This document shows positions 27,508 through 37,240 of a stretch of 64,000 nt of DNA, one piece after another; within the stretch, counting starts at the first letter, position 1, and the number at the start of each line of letters is the position of its first letter. Both the position numbers and the translations under genes were made by a program. Where the stretch lies: the NCBI GenBank assembly GCA_050309605.1, contig JBNRMN010000021.1:32001-96000 (forward strand), written 5' to 3'. The notes under the pieces were generated by a model. The model saw nothing but the letters and a program-made list of their open reading frames with translations, was not told the DNA's origin and ran no database searches. This stretch comes from Anaerohalosphaeraceae bacterium (lineage in GTDB: Bacteria; Planctomycetota; Phycisphaerae; Sedimentisphaerales; Anaerohalosphaeraceae).

Positions 27508-30500
27508 ATGCGGTTCGGTAAGGTGTTAACTCGTTCTATTCGGTATTATCGGCGAACGCATACGGCGCTGATTTGTGCCGCGATGGTGTGTACCGCCGTG
27601 CTGACCGGCGCCCTGCTGGTAGGCGATTCGGTGCGGGCCGGGCTGGAGCGACTGGCAGCCCTGCGGCTGGGACGGGTGCAATACACGCTGCTTGCCGGAG
27701 AATACCCCTTTCAAACCGACCTGGCCGAACGCATCAAACAGCGTACGGGCTATGAGACCGCCGCGGTGCTGATGACCGACGCGACAGTCGAGACCCCCGA
27801 TGGCTCGGTGCGAATTCATCGAGTTCGTATGCTCGGCGTCGATGAGGCCTTCTTTGCCCTGGGTCATTCTGAACCGTCCGACCGGGTCGTGCTGCCGGCA
27901 ATCAATGAAGCGCTGCGTCGGCGACTGGGCGCATCGTCGGTCGATTTGATCGTGCGTCTGGACGATCCGTCGGCGTTGTCGCGCGATTTGATCTTTGCCT
28001 CTGATGAACAATCACGCCGAACGCTGCGAATCAGCATCAACGGCCTTGTTCCGGATGACTCACTGGGGCGATTCAGCTTGCAGGCCGACCAGCAGGCGCC
28101 GCTGAATGTCTTTGTGCCGCGTTCGTGGCTGGCCGGACAGCTTGACCTTGAGGGACGCGCCAATCTGCTGGTTGTTTCCGCCGCGCCTTCGGGTCCCTCA
28201 TCGGCATCGCAATTGGATCGCGCTCTGGCGTGCGTGGTTCAACCAGAAGACTTCGGCCTGGAATGGATTGAGTATCCGAACAACGGAACGATTGAACTGC
28301 AAAGCATGCGGCTGTTTATTCCGGACCATGTCGGTCAGGCCGCCGTGCAGTGCGGCCGCGGCCCGCTGCGTGTGTTTTCGTATTTTGTCAACCGTCTTTC
28401 GCACGGCACTCGGGCTGCGCCTTATTCGATGGTCGCCGCCCTCGAAGGAACAGACCGTGCCGATTTGTTTGCAACACTGGGCGACAACGAAATCATCATC
28501 AATGAGTGGCTGGCCGACGACTTGAACGTCGAGCCGCGCGATACGCTGCAAATGGATTATTTCGCCATCAGCCCGACCCATACGCTGATTGAACAAAGCC
28601 GGACGTTCCTTGTCCGTCAGATCGTGCCGATGCTCGGTTTTGCCGCCGATGCCACGCTGATGCCGCCGTTTCCCGGCTTGGCGGATGCGGAAAATTGTCA
28701 GGACTGGGATCCGGCGATTCCAATTGATCTGAATCGGATTCGCGATAAGGATGAGGCGTACTGGGACCGTTATCGCGGCACGCCCAAGGCGTTCATCTCG
28801 CTGACCACCGCGCAGGATTTATGGCGCAATCGATTCGGCAATCTGACGGCGATTCGCTGGCCGATGGCAGACAATACGGTTGAATCGCTGGGCGAGGAGC
28901 TGGCCGAGGTGCTGGAGCCGGCGTCGCTGGGGCTGTTTTTTATCGATGCCGCCGAGCACAGTCGGCGCGCCGGGGCCGGATCGACGGATTTCGGGGGGTT
29001 GTTTGCCGGACTGAGTCTGTTTTTGATATTGGCCTGTGTGGTGCTACTGGCGTTGATTTTTGTGTTTTCTCTTCAACAGCGCAGCCGTCAGGCGGGGATT
29101 TTGCTGGCCATGGGCTGGACGAAAGGCAAAACAGCCCGGCTGCTGCTGGGCGAGGGCGCATTGCTGGCGCTGCTGGGAACTGTCGGCGGCACGATGCTGG
29201 GGGTTGGCTATACACTGGCGATGATGGCGGGTTTGCGAACGGTCTGGCAGGACGCAGTGGCCGGGGCAATGCTGCGGTTTTACGCCAATCCTGTCACATT
29301 GGTTATCGGCGCGGGCGCGGGTTTTGTGGTCGCCATCGGCGCTATGGGGTGCGGCCTTCTCGTCCATTTCAAGAAGACACCGATTGACCTGCTGTCTTAT
29401 ACCCCCGCTGTTATTTCCGGAACATTTTCGACTGCCGCACGAATCATCCGGCTGGTGCTGTTGGCGGTTCTGGCGGCGGCGTTGATTGGTTCATTTTATT
29501 TGCTTGATTCGCTACTCCGGCCTGAGCTGTTTTTCTTTATGAACGGCAGTCTCTTGCTGCTGATCTTGATGCTGTGGGCCGCGGAAATGATGCGTACCGC
29601 GGCTGTGATCCGCAAAACACCGTCCCGTTCGTCTCGGCTGATTGCCAAAAACATGATCCGGCGTCCCGGCCGCAGTCTGGCGGTGATGCTGACGGTGGCG
29701 TGCGGGGTATTCATCGTGCTGGGTGTTGGACTGAACCGCCGAAGTCCTGCGCGTTATGCTGAACGCGATTCCGGTACGGGCGGATTTGCCCTCTGGATCG
29801 AGACCGCCCTGCCGATGGCCAAAGTGCCCGATGCCTCGTTTGTCGGTCAAGTCGCCCACGCTGCAAACGCATCCGACGACATCGCAATAGTCGCTTTGCG
29901 GCAGCGCCGCGGCGACGACGCCAGTTGTCTGAATCTGAACCGCGCTCAAAATCCGACACTTTTGGGCGTTGACCCCGACGAATTTGCCCGGCGCGGAGCG
30001 TTTTCATTTCGCAGCGCTGAGCCAAGCGGGCCATCACCCTGGACATTGCTGACCCAAACCCTCGATGATGGTATGATTCCGGTCATCGGGGATCATGCCA
30101 CGGTGTATTGGGGACTGGGGCTGGATTTGGGCGATACCCTTGCGGTACAGGATGACCGGGGACGAGAACTTCATCTGAAAATTGTCGGTATTTTGAAAGA
30201 ATCCGTCTTTCAGGGTCGTCTTCTTGTCAATGAACGGGATTTTATTGAGCGGTTCCCGTCGGAAAGCGGGTACACGGTCTTTCTGGCGGAGTCCGACTCC
30301 GATAAGATTGATACGCTGACCTCGGCGTTTTCGCGGCAGCTTGCCGATTATGGCGCGGAAGTAGTTCCGACGAGCGATGTGCTTCGGGACTTTTTGCGGG
30401 TAGAAAACACCTATTTAACTATTTTTCTGGCATTGGGCGGACTGGGACTGATTCTCGGCAGTGCCGGCGCGGGATTGGTGTTGCTGTTTAACGTGATTGA

Positions 30501-30786
30501 TCGACGCGGAGAGCTGGCGATGATGCAGGCAATGGGCTTTTCCAAGGCCGTCCTCAATCGGCTGCTGCTGGCTGAACACATCGGTTTGTTTGCCGCCGGG
30601 GTCCTGGTCGGCGGGCTGTCGGCCATTGTGGCGGTGCTGCCTGCGGTTCAGTCCGCAGGCCTGGGAACCCTGGCCACGGCGCTGCTGCTGACGACCGTGG
30701 TTTTATTAAGCGGATTTGTCTGGGTTTGGTTCGGTGGACGGACGGCGATGAAACACAACCTGTTGGACAGTTTGCGAAACGAATGA
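27508..30786 (+). CDS. Large duplicated FtsX/MacB-type ABC permease (1092 aa)
   Basis: Two repeats of TM, large periplasmic domain, 3 TM; R..GILLAMG and RRGELAMMQAMGF FtsX motifs; ends LDSLRNE. Confidence 0.85.
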   Translation: MRFGKVLTRSIRYYRRTHTALICAAMVCTAVLTGALLVGDSVRAGLERLAALRLGRVQYTLLAGEYPFQTDLAERIKQRTGYETAAVLMTDATVETPDGSVRIHRVRMLGVDEAFFALGHSEPSDRVVLPAINEALRRRLGASSVDLIVRLDDPSALSRDLIFASDEQSRRTLRISINGLVPDDSLGRFSLQADQQAPLNVFVPRSWLAGQLDLEGRANLLVVSAAPSGPSSASQLDRALACVVQPEDFGLEWIEYPNNGTIELQSMRLFIPDHVGQAAVQCGRGPLRVFSYFVNRLSHGTRAAPYSMVAALEGTDRADLFATLGDNEIIINEWLADDLNVEPRDTLQMDYFAISPTHTLIEQSRTFLVRQIVPMLGFAADATLMPPFPGLADAENCQDWDPAIPIDLNRIRDKDEAYWDRYRGTPKAFISLTTAQDLWRNRFGNLTAIRWPMADNTVESLGEELAEVLEPASLGLFFIDAAEHSRRAGAGSTDFGGLFAGLSLFLILACVVLLALIFVFSLQQRSRQAGILLAMGWTKGKTARLLLGEGALLALLGTVGGTMLGVGYTLAMMAGLRTVWQDAVAGAMLRFYANPVTLVIGAGAGFVVAIGAMGCGLLVHFKKTPIDLLSYTPAVISGTFSTAARIIRLVLLAVLAAALIGSFYLLDSLLRPELFFFMNGSLLLLILMLWAAEMMRTAAVIRKTPSRSSRLIAKNMIRRPGRSLAVMLTVACGVFIVLGVGLNRRSPARYAERDSGTGGFALWIETALPMAKVPDASFVGQVAHAANASDDIAIVALRQRRGDDASCLNLNRAQNPTLLGVDPDEFARRGAFSFRSAEPSGPSPWTLLTQTLDDGMIPVIGDHATVYWGLGLDLGDTLAVQDDRGRELHLKIVGILKESVFQGRLLVNERDFIERFPSESGYTVFLAESDSDKIDTLTSAFSRQLADYGAEVVPTSDVLRDFLRVENTYLTIFLALGGLGLILGSAGAGLVLLFNVIDRRGELAMMQAMGFSKAVLNRLLLAEHIGLFAAGVLVGGLSAIVAVLPAVQSAGLGTLATALLLTTVVLLSGFVWVWFGGRTAMKHNLLDSLRNE

Positions 30787-30821
30787 AAAAACAACATTCT
30801 TATTACTGGAAATCCTGACAA

Positions 30822-32519
30822 ATGAAGGCAGAACACCGTCCTCAAAAAACGGACTCGGTCGTCTTTGAGCCAATGCCTTCGACGGTTCAGCCATTGAGCC
30901 GTCGAGATTTTTTACGTCTGGGGGCCATTGGCGCAGCCGGGACCTTGCTGGGACATCTTCGGCCGTCTGTCGCTGCGCCGGCTGATACCGTCTCATTGCC
31001 CGATCGGCCCCATATTGTGCTGATTATGTGCGACGATATGGGGTATTCGGATCTGGGCTGTTATGGCGGTGAGATTCATACCCCCATTCTGGACGGCCTG
31101 GCGGCCAATGGGGTGCGGTTCACGCAGTTTTACAACGCGGCACGCTGTGTGCCGACACGCGCGAGCCTGATGACGGGGCTTTACCCGCATCAGGCAGGGC
31201 TGGGACACATGGTCAACGACCGCGGGCATGACGGGTACAGAGGCCGGCTCAACGACCGCTGCGTCACCCTTGCCGAGGTGCTGCGCCAGGCGGGCTATCA
31301 GACCTTTATGAGCGGCAAATGGCATGTTACGCCCTATGATTATGCCAATCCGAAATCGACGCTGGATCGGGAAAGCTGGCCGCTTCAACGGGGCTTTGAC
31401 GAGTTTTTTGGGACACTTGCGGGGGCCGGCAGTTTTTACGCGCCCGTTTCGCTGATGCGCAATAACGAATTCATCGCGCCGGGGGATGATTTTTACTATA
31501 CCGATGCCATCAATGACCAGACCGCCCGTTATATCCGACAGGCAGACAAGAATCGTCCGTTATTCCTGTATGTCGCGCACACCGCCCCGCATTGGCCGCT
31601 GCACGCGCCGGAGGAAACTGTCGCCAAGTATGCGGACACCTATACTGTCGGCTGGGATGCGATTCGCCAAGCACGGTACAAACGGATGGTCGAGATGGGA
31701 ATTATTCAATCCGATTGGCCGCTGACCGAACGGGACAGTCGCGTGCCGCCGTGGGATGAGGTTGAGCACAAAGACTGGCAAGCAGGGCGCATGGCGGTAC
31801 ATGCGGCCATGGTGGATGTGATGGACCAGGGTATCGGCCGCATCGTCGAGGCACTCAAAGAAACCGGACGTTTTGAAAATACGCTGATCCTGTTTTTGTC
31901 GGATAACGGCGCTTCCAATGAAGTGATTCAGGGTCAAAACACCCGTCATGGACAGTTTGCCCGCGGCGGAACACGTCCTGATGTGATGCCGGGGCCGCCG
32001 GATACGTATGCGTCGTTCGGTATCCCATGGGCAAATGCGTCCAACACGCCGTTTCGGCTTTACAAAAAGTGGATTCATGAAGGCGGTATTGCCGCGCCGC
32101 TGATTGCCCATTGGCCGGACGGCATTCAAGCACGCGGCGAATTGCGTGCCGACATAGGACACATTATTGACATTATGGCCACCTGTGTCGAGGTCTCCGG
32201 CGCGACCTATCCGGCTGAGCGTAATGGCGTATCGGTGCTGCCGTGTGAAGGGCTTTCGCTCGCGCCGGTCTTTGCCGGAAAACCGCTTCGGCCGCGAGCG
32301 ATCTTTTTCGAGCATGAGGGCCATCGCGCAGTGCGTTATGGGCGGTGGAAACTGGTTGCCGAGCATCAAAAGAACTGGGAGCTTTATGATATGCAGGCCG
32401 ACCGAACGGAAATGAACAATTTGATCGATAGACATCCGGAGCTTGCCTCGTTAATGGAAGCACTTTATGAACAGTGGGCCAAACGCACCGGCGTTCTGCC
32501 CTGGCCTGTGCAAGGCTGA
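30822..32519 (+). CDS. Tat-exported Cys-type arylsulfatase
   Basis: SRRDFL Tat motif; PHIVLIMCDDMG; CVPTRASLMTG (CxPxR); GKWH; SDNG; exact start uncertain (30822 or a downstream ATG). Confidence 0.93.
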   Translation: MKAEHRPQKTDSVVFEPMPSTVQPLSRRDFLRLGAIGAAGTLLGHLRPSVAAPADTVSLPDRPHIVLIMCDDMGYSDLGCYGGEIHTPILDGLAANGVRFTQFYNAARCVPTRASLMTGLYPHQAGLGHMVNDRGHDGYRGRLNDRCVTLAEVLRQAGYQTFMSGKWHVTPYDYANPKSTLDRESWPLQRGFDEFFGTLAGAGSFYAPVSLMRNNEFIAPGDDFYYTDAINDQTARYIRQADKNRPLFLYVAHTAPHWPLHAPEETVAKYADTYTVGWDAIRQARYKRMVEMGIIQSDWPLTERDSRVPPWDEVEHKDWQAGRMAVHAAMVDVMDQGIGRIVEALKETGRFENTLILFLSDNGASNEVIQGQNTRHGQFARGGTRPDVMPGPPDTYASFGIPWANASNTPFRLYKKWIHEGGIAAPLIAHWPDGIQARGELRADIGHIIDIMATCVEVSGATYPAERNGVSVLPCEGLSLAPVFAGKPLRPRAIFFEHEGHRAVRYGRWKLVAEHQKNWELYDMQADRTEMNNLIDRHPELASLMEALYEQWAKRTGVLPWPVQG

Positions 32520-32591
32520 TCGATTGAAAGGCATTTAACGAATGCGTGTTAAGACGCTGTTTATCAATGGAATACGGGCCGGTCTGAGACG

Positions 32592-33989
32592 ATGAAGCAT
32601 ACGATTGGATGGATGATACCCACCCTTGTGGCGGCGGCGGCGGCGTGGGCGGTGATTGACTGGATACAGCATTTCCACACCTTCAGCGTTGAGCCGCGGG
32701 TGGAAGGGATGGACGGACGTCCGGAGGCTGCGGCGGTCACTGAGCAGCCGCTTGATCTGACCGGAACGCTGGAGATGTTCGACGGCGTGCCGTCGGCGAT
32801 TACGGCAAGCTGGCCGGGCTTTCGCGGTCCAAACCGCGACGGGGTGTGGGACGATGCGTCGTTCACACCAGCCGAATCGTGGCCGAGCGACGGGCCGCCA
32901 GAATTATGGCGCGTCGAAGCGGGCGAGGGGTACGCCGGGGCGGCGGTCCACAACGGGCGAGTCTATCTGATCGATTATGATATGGACAACCAGCGCGATG
33001 CGATTCGCTGTCTGTCGCTGGATGACGGACGCGAAATCTGGCGTTATTCCTATCCGGTCGTGGTGCGGCGCAATCACGGAATGAGCCGCACCGTGCCGGC
33101 GGTCAACGATGATTATGTCGTGACCATGGGGCCGAAATGTCATGTGGTGTGTCTGGATGCCAAGACGGGCGAATTCAAGTGGATGATCGATCTGATTCGC
33201 GAGTACGGTACGGTTGAGCCGCTCTGGTATGCCGGACAGTGTCCGCTGATTATCGATGACACGGCGATTATCGCGCCGGTCGGGAATGAGATATTGATGA
33301 TGGCGGTGGAGCTGGAAACCGGCACTGTCCGCTGGCAAGCGCCGACCTTTGACCGCTGGCAGATGACGCATACGTCTGTTTTGCCGATGCGGTTCGGCGA
33401 CACTGAGGCGTATGTCTATTCGGCCAATGAAGGGATTGCCGCGGTATCGGCTCATGACGGCTCGATTGTGTGGAAAACCGATGCCTGGCGTCTGCGCATC
33501 GGTATCGCTTCGCCGATTGACGTTGAACAGAATCGCATTTTTATCTGCGGCGGATACAATAAAGGCTCAATGATGCTGCAAATCGAGCAACAGGCGGATA
33601 ACTTTGAGCCGCAGGTTTTATATGAACTCAGGCCGGAGGTCTTCGGTTCCGACCAGCAGACGCCGATTTTTTATGAGGGCGTCATTTACGGGGTTCGGCC
33701 GGACAAGCAGTTGGTCTGTATGAATACAGACGGCTCCATCCGGTGGACAAGCGGGCCGGAAAACCGCTATGGATTGGGGCCGTATATCCTTGTCAACGGC
33801 TTGATATATATTCTAAATGATGACGGGGTTTTGTCTTTAATTCGGGCCAATCCCGACCGCTTCGAACGGCTGGCTCAGGCCAACGTGCTGGACGGTCATG
33901 AAAGCTGGGGGCCGCCGGCGTTTGCCGCGGGACGGCTGATTGTGCGGGATTTGACGACAATGGTCTGTCTTGATGTGTCGGCTCAATAG
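32592..33989 (+). CDS. BamB/PQQ-like beta-propeller protein, membrane anchored
   Basis: N-terminal TM; WPGFRGPNRDG; repeated CLD..TG...W blades; C-terminal GRLIVRD...MVCLD. Confidence 0.85.
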   Translation: MKHTIGWMIPTLVAAAAAWAVIDWIQHFHTFSVEPRVEGMDGRPEAAAVTEQPLDLTGTLEMFDGVPSAITASWPGFRGPNRDGVWDDASFTPAESWPSDGPPELWRVEAGEGYAGAAVHNGRVYLIDYDMDNQRDAIRCLSLDDGREIWRYSYPVVVRRNHGMSRTVPAVNDDYVVTMGPKCHVVCLDAKTGEFKWMIDLIREYGTVEPLWYAGQCPLIIDDTAIIAPVGNEILMMAVELETGTVRWQAPTFDRWQMTHTSVLPMRFGDTEAYVYSANEGIAAVSAHDGSIVWKTDAWRLRIGIASPIDVEQNRIFICGGYNKGSMMLQIEQQADNFEPQVLYELRPEVFGSDQQTPIFYEGVIYGVRPDKQLVCMNTDGSIRWTSGPENRYGLGPYILVNGLIYILNDDGVLSLIRANPDRFERLAQANVLDGHESWGPPAFAAGRLIVRDLTTMVCLDVSAQ

Positions 33990-34071
33990 GCAAAAACTTG
34001 CATTTTGACGCCTATAGTAGAACCAAGCAAGTTATAGGACAATCTGACTAAGCATAATCCTGATCCATCGG

Positions 34072-35118
34072 ATGCACATAAAAGCAGGGACAATACAGCC
34101 GACATTGATCGGCGGACTGGTTGTCGCAGCGGCCATCGCGACCGGCCTGGCGGCGTTTTTTTTGATTGATCCGGGCCGCCCGCTGGCAAAGCTCGGTTCG
34201 GAATACAGTTATGATTTATCCGAGTACGCTGCGATTGATCCCGACTTGATTCTTTATGAGCAGGTCGGCGAGCCGTTTTCGACCGGCTTATCGCAAAGTC
34301 GGGTGATTGTCGTTGGCCCCAAGGGCACGATATGGATCGCCGGCGACCAACAGCTTGTCGAATTCAGTCTTGATGGCCGGCGTCTGCGAACCATCGACTG
34401 CGACGGCGAGCCGACTTGTCTTGCTCTGGATGCTGACGGTCGGTTGTATGTCGGTCTGATCGACCATCTCGTTGTTTTCAGTCCGACCGGCGAGTTCATT
34501 GCCCAATGGTCTATGCCCCATCCCGACGCCCTGCTGACGTCAGTGGCGGTGCTGGGTGATTCGATTTTTGCCGCCGAGGCCGAGCGTAAGACGGTTTTGC
34601 GATTCGACAAGGACGGCGCACTCATCGCGCAGTTCGGCCAAGCCAATCCCGAACGCAATCATCCGGGGTATGTCATTCCCAGTCCTTACGGCTTTAATCT
34701 GGCCGCGGCGCCGGACGGCTTGCTGCGGATCGTTAATTCGGGGCGGCATCTGATTGAGGCCTGGACGATTGACGGGCATCGGGAGTGGTGGTGGGGCACG
34801 TCGTCAATTCGCGTAGAGGGCTTCAGCGGCTGCTGCAACCCGGCGGGGCTGGCGCTCTTGCCGAACGGCCATTACATCACCAGCGAAAAAGGACTGGTAC
34901 GCATTAAAGAATACGACGACCACGGACGGTTTATCGGCGTGGTCGCCGGGCCGGAGCAGCTCAACTGGGTCGAGCCGCTGCGCGTGCACGAAACACCGCA
35001 GGATGCGCACGTCCGCGGATTCGGCGTGGCGACCGATGCGACTGGTCGTGTGTATGTTCTGGATGTCTTTCGAAATCGGGTGCGCGTGTTTGAAAGAACA
35101 GAAAATGATTCAAATTAA
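34072..35118 (+). CDS. NHL-repeat beta-propeller protein with GCCNP motif
   Basis: N-terminal TM; LALDADGRLYV and VATDATGRVYVLD..RNRVRVF NHL repeats; GFSGCCNP. Confidence 0.75.
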   Translation: MHIKAGTIQPTLIGGLVVAAAIATGLAAFFLIDPGRPLAKLGSEYSYDLSEYAAIDPDLILYEQVGEPFSTGLSQSRVIVVGPKGTIWIAGDQQLVEFSLDGRRLRTIDCDGEPTCLALDADGRLYVGLIDHLVVFSPTGEFIAQWSMPHPDALLTSVAVLGDSIFAAEAERKTVLRFDKDGALIAQFGQANPERNHPGYVIPSPYGFNLAAAPDGLLRIVNSGRHLIEAWTIDGHREWWWGTSSIRVEGFSGCCNPAGLALLPNGHYITSEKGLVRIKEYDDHGRFIGVVAGPEQLNWVEPLRVHETPQDAHVRGFGVATDATGRVYVLDVFRNRVRVFERTENDSN

Positions 35119-35380
35119 AGCCAACAATATGACACCACAACACCACCCCAAACTAAAGCGGCGCGGTATGCTGCGGGCGTGTGCACGGTTCGGCATTGCA
35201 CTGGGAGCGGTGCTGGGCGGCGCGGCGCTGTCGAAGCGCAACGGCGGTCGGCTCGACGAAAACGCCTGTCCGGATCCGCGTGGACGAACCGGCTGCGGAA
35301 CGTGCAGGCTGCTTGAGGCGTGCCGACTTCCGCGGGGTTTATCCTACAAACAGGTGCGAAAGGACAGCGACTATGTCTGA
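35105..35380 (+). CDS. Small Tat-like Cys-rich protein
   Basis: KRRGML, hydrophobic helix, then C-x8-C-x2-C-x5-C; fills the gap between the NHL and ferredoxin genes and overlaps both; start 35105 or 35129. Confidence 0.62.
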   Translation: MIQIKANNMTPQHHPKLKRRGMLRACARFGIALGAVLGGAALSKRNGGRLDENACPDPRGRTGCGTCRLLEACRLPRGLSYKQVRKDSDYV

Positions 35381-35930
35381 TAAACCGACCACGACACGAC
35401 GGCGTTTTCTGCGCGAAGGGGTGTGGGGCGGCGTACTGGCCGCGACCGCGGCAGCGGGGGCGACGCTGGCGGCACGGGCCAAAAACGACCGGCTCGTGTG
35501 GCAGATCGATCCATATAAATGCATCGCCTGCGGGCGCTGCGCAACGCACTGCATCTTTACCGAATCGGCGGTCAAGTGCGTGCATTCGTATGCGATGTGC
35601 GGCTATTGCGATTTGTGCACGGGTTATTTCATCCCGGAACCGAAAGACCTGACTACCGCGGCGGAAAATCAGCTTTGTCCGACAGGCGCTATTATTCGGA
35701 CGTTCGTCGAAGACCCGTATTTTGAGTACACCATTGTTGAATCGCTGTGCATCGGCTGCGGCAAGTGCGTCAAGGGCTGTGGTGCATTCGGCAACGGCTC
35801 GCTGTATCTGCAAGTACGGCATGACCGCTGCGTCAACTGTAACGAATGCGCAATCGCGGCGGCTTGTCCCTCGCAGGCGTTTGTGCGTGTACCCGCCGAA
35901 AAGCCCTATTTGCTGAAGGAATTCAAATGA
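35373..35930 (+). CDS. Tat-signal multi-[4Fe-4S] ferredoxin (NapG/MauM-like)
   Basis: TRRRFLR; CIACGRCATHC, CGYCDLC..LCP, CIGCGKCVKGC, CVNCNEC..ACP; AAGGA upstream of ATG 35373. Confidence 0.85.
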   Translation: MSDKPTTTRRRFLREGVWGGVLAATAAAGATLAARAKNDRLVWQIDPYKCIACGRCATHCIFTESAVKCVHSYAMCGYCDLCTGYFIPEPKDLTTAAENQLCPTGAIIRTFVEDPYFEYTIVESLCIGCGKCVKGCGAFGNGSLYLQVRHDRCVNCNECAIAAACPSQAFVRVPAEKPYLLKEFK

Positions 35931-37240
35931 GCCGTGCATTCAACAGGCGCTGGATTGTTGTAATGCTGTGGCTGGGGCTGTTTTCGGTGGCGACGGCGGT
36001 GCAGCGGTTTCCGCCGCCTCAATTCAGCGAACCGCGCGAGCTGCCGGAACCCACAACACCGCCGCCGCGCTCAATGACAATGGAGACCGTTGATGTGGCG
36101 GTGCTGGCCGCGGCGCTGATGCTGGCGGCCTGGCTGATTCTCAAAAAACGCCGTCGCGGGTGGATCGTGGCGCTGATGCTGTTTTCGCTGGGGTATTTCG
36201 GTTTTTGGCGTCAGGGGTGTATCTGTCCGATCGGCGCAATCGGCAACGTATCGCTGGCGATTTTTGACGCATCGTATGCCCTGCCGCTGACGGTGCTGGC
36301 GTTTTTTCTGCTGCCGCTGCTGTTTACGCTGTTTTTCGGACGGGTTTTTTGCGGGGCGGTCTGTCCGCTGGGGATGGTGCAGGATCTGGTCTTGATCCGC
36401 CCTCTGCGCATCCCGGCATGGCTCGAATCGGGGCTTCGGTTGTTTGCGTGGCTGTACCTGGGGCTTGCAATCTTAATGGCCGCGACCGCCAGTGCGCTGG
36501 TCATCTGTCGATACGATCCGTTTGTGGCGTTTTTCCGACTGGGGGCCAATCCGCAATTGTGGATAATCAGCCTTTCGGTCCTGGTGGTTTCGCTGTTTGT
36601 GGGCCGGCCGTACTGTCGCTTCCTGTGTCCTTACGGCGTGATTCTTCGGCAATTGGGACGGCTGTCCAAATACCGCGTGACGATCACGCCCGATGAGTGC
36701 ATTCATTGCCGTTTGTGTGAAGACGCCTGTCCGTTTGGGGCGATAGACAAACCGACCGTCGAATGGCCTGACAGCCAGCGCGTCAAAGCGCGTCATCGGG
36801 CGCGCGTGCTGCTGATGCTGCTGCCAATGATCCTGTTGCTGGGCGGCTGGATCGGCTTCAAAGCCGCACCGGCACTGGCCCGCTCCAATGCCGCCGTTCG
36901 GCTGGCCGAGCGGATTCGACTGGAAGAGGCCGGCCTGGTTGCCGACCGGACGGATGAAAGCACCGCCTTTCGCACAACCAACCGCACGATTGAAAGCCTT
37001 TACACAGAGGCCGAGAACAAACAGCAGGATTTTGTCATTGGCTCGACGCTACTGGGCGGTGCAATGGGACTGTTGTGCGGCCTGACGCTGATGCGGACTC
37101 ATATCTGTTTTCGGCGCGATCAATATGAGGCCCATCGCGCCGGCTGCGTGGCCTGCGGGCGCTGCTATCTGTCCTGTCCGCGTGAACAACTGCGACGACA
37201 ACGACGAACTGATCTTCAACCGGCGGAGTCAACTGCATGA
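35927..37240 (+). CDS. Polytopic membrane Fe-S protein (NapH/MauN/RdxA-like)
   Basis: Multiple TM; CxxxCP motifs FCGAVCP and YCRFLCP; CIHCRLCEDACP and CVACGRCYLSCP; ATGA overlap with the upstream gene. Confidence 0.85.
   Translation: MSRAFNRRWIVVMLWLGLFSVATAVQRFPPPQFSEPRELPEPTTPPPRSMTMETVDVAVLAAALMLAAWLILKKRRRGWIVALMLFSLGYFGFWRQGCICPIGAIGNVSLAIFDASYALPLTVLAFFLLPLLFTLFFGRVFCGAVCPLGMVQDLVLIRPLRIPAWLESGLRLFAWLYLGLAILMAATASALVICRYDPFVAFFRLGANPQLWIISLSVLVVSLFVGRPYCRFLCPYGVILRQLGRLSKYRVTITPDECIHCRLCEDACPFGAIDKPTVEWPDSQRVKARHRARVLLMLLPMILLLGGWIGFKAAPALARSNAAVRLAERIRLEEAGLVADRTDESTAFRTTNRTIESLYTEAENKQQDFVIGSTLLGGAMGLLCGLTLMRTHICFRRDQYEAHRAGCVACGRCYLSCPREQLRRQRRTDLQPAESTA

Noticed and set aside
32592..33989. 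True bamB or PQQ alcohol dehydrogenase
   Set aside because: No lipobox or bam gene context, and no recognisable quinoprotein ADH catalytic motifs; only the generic propeller repeats
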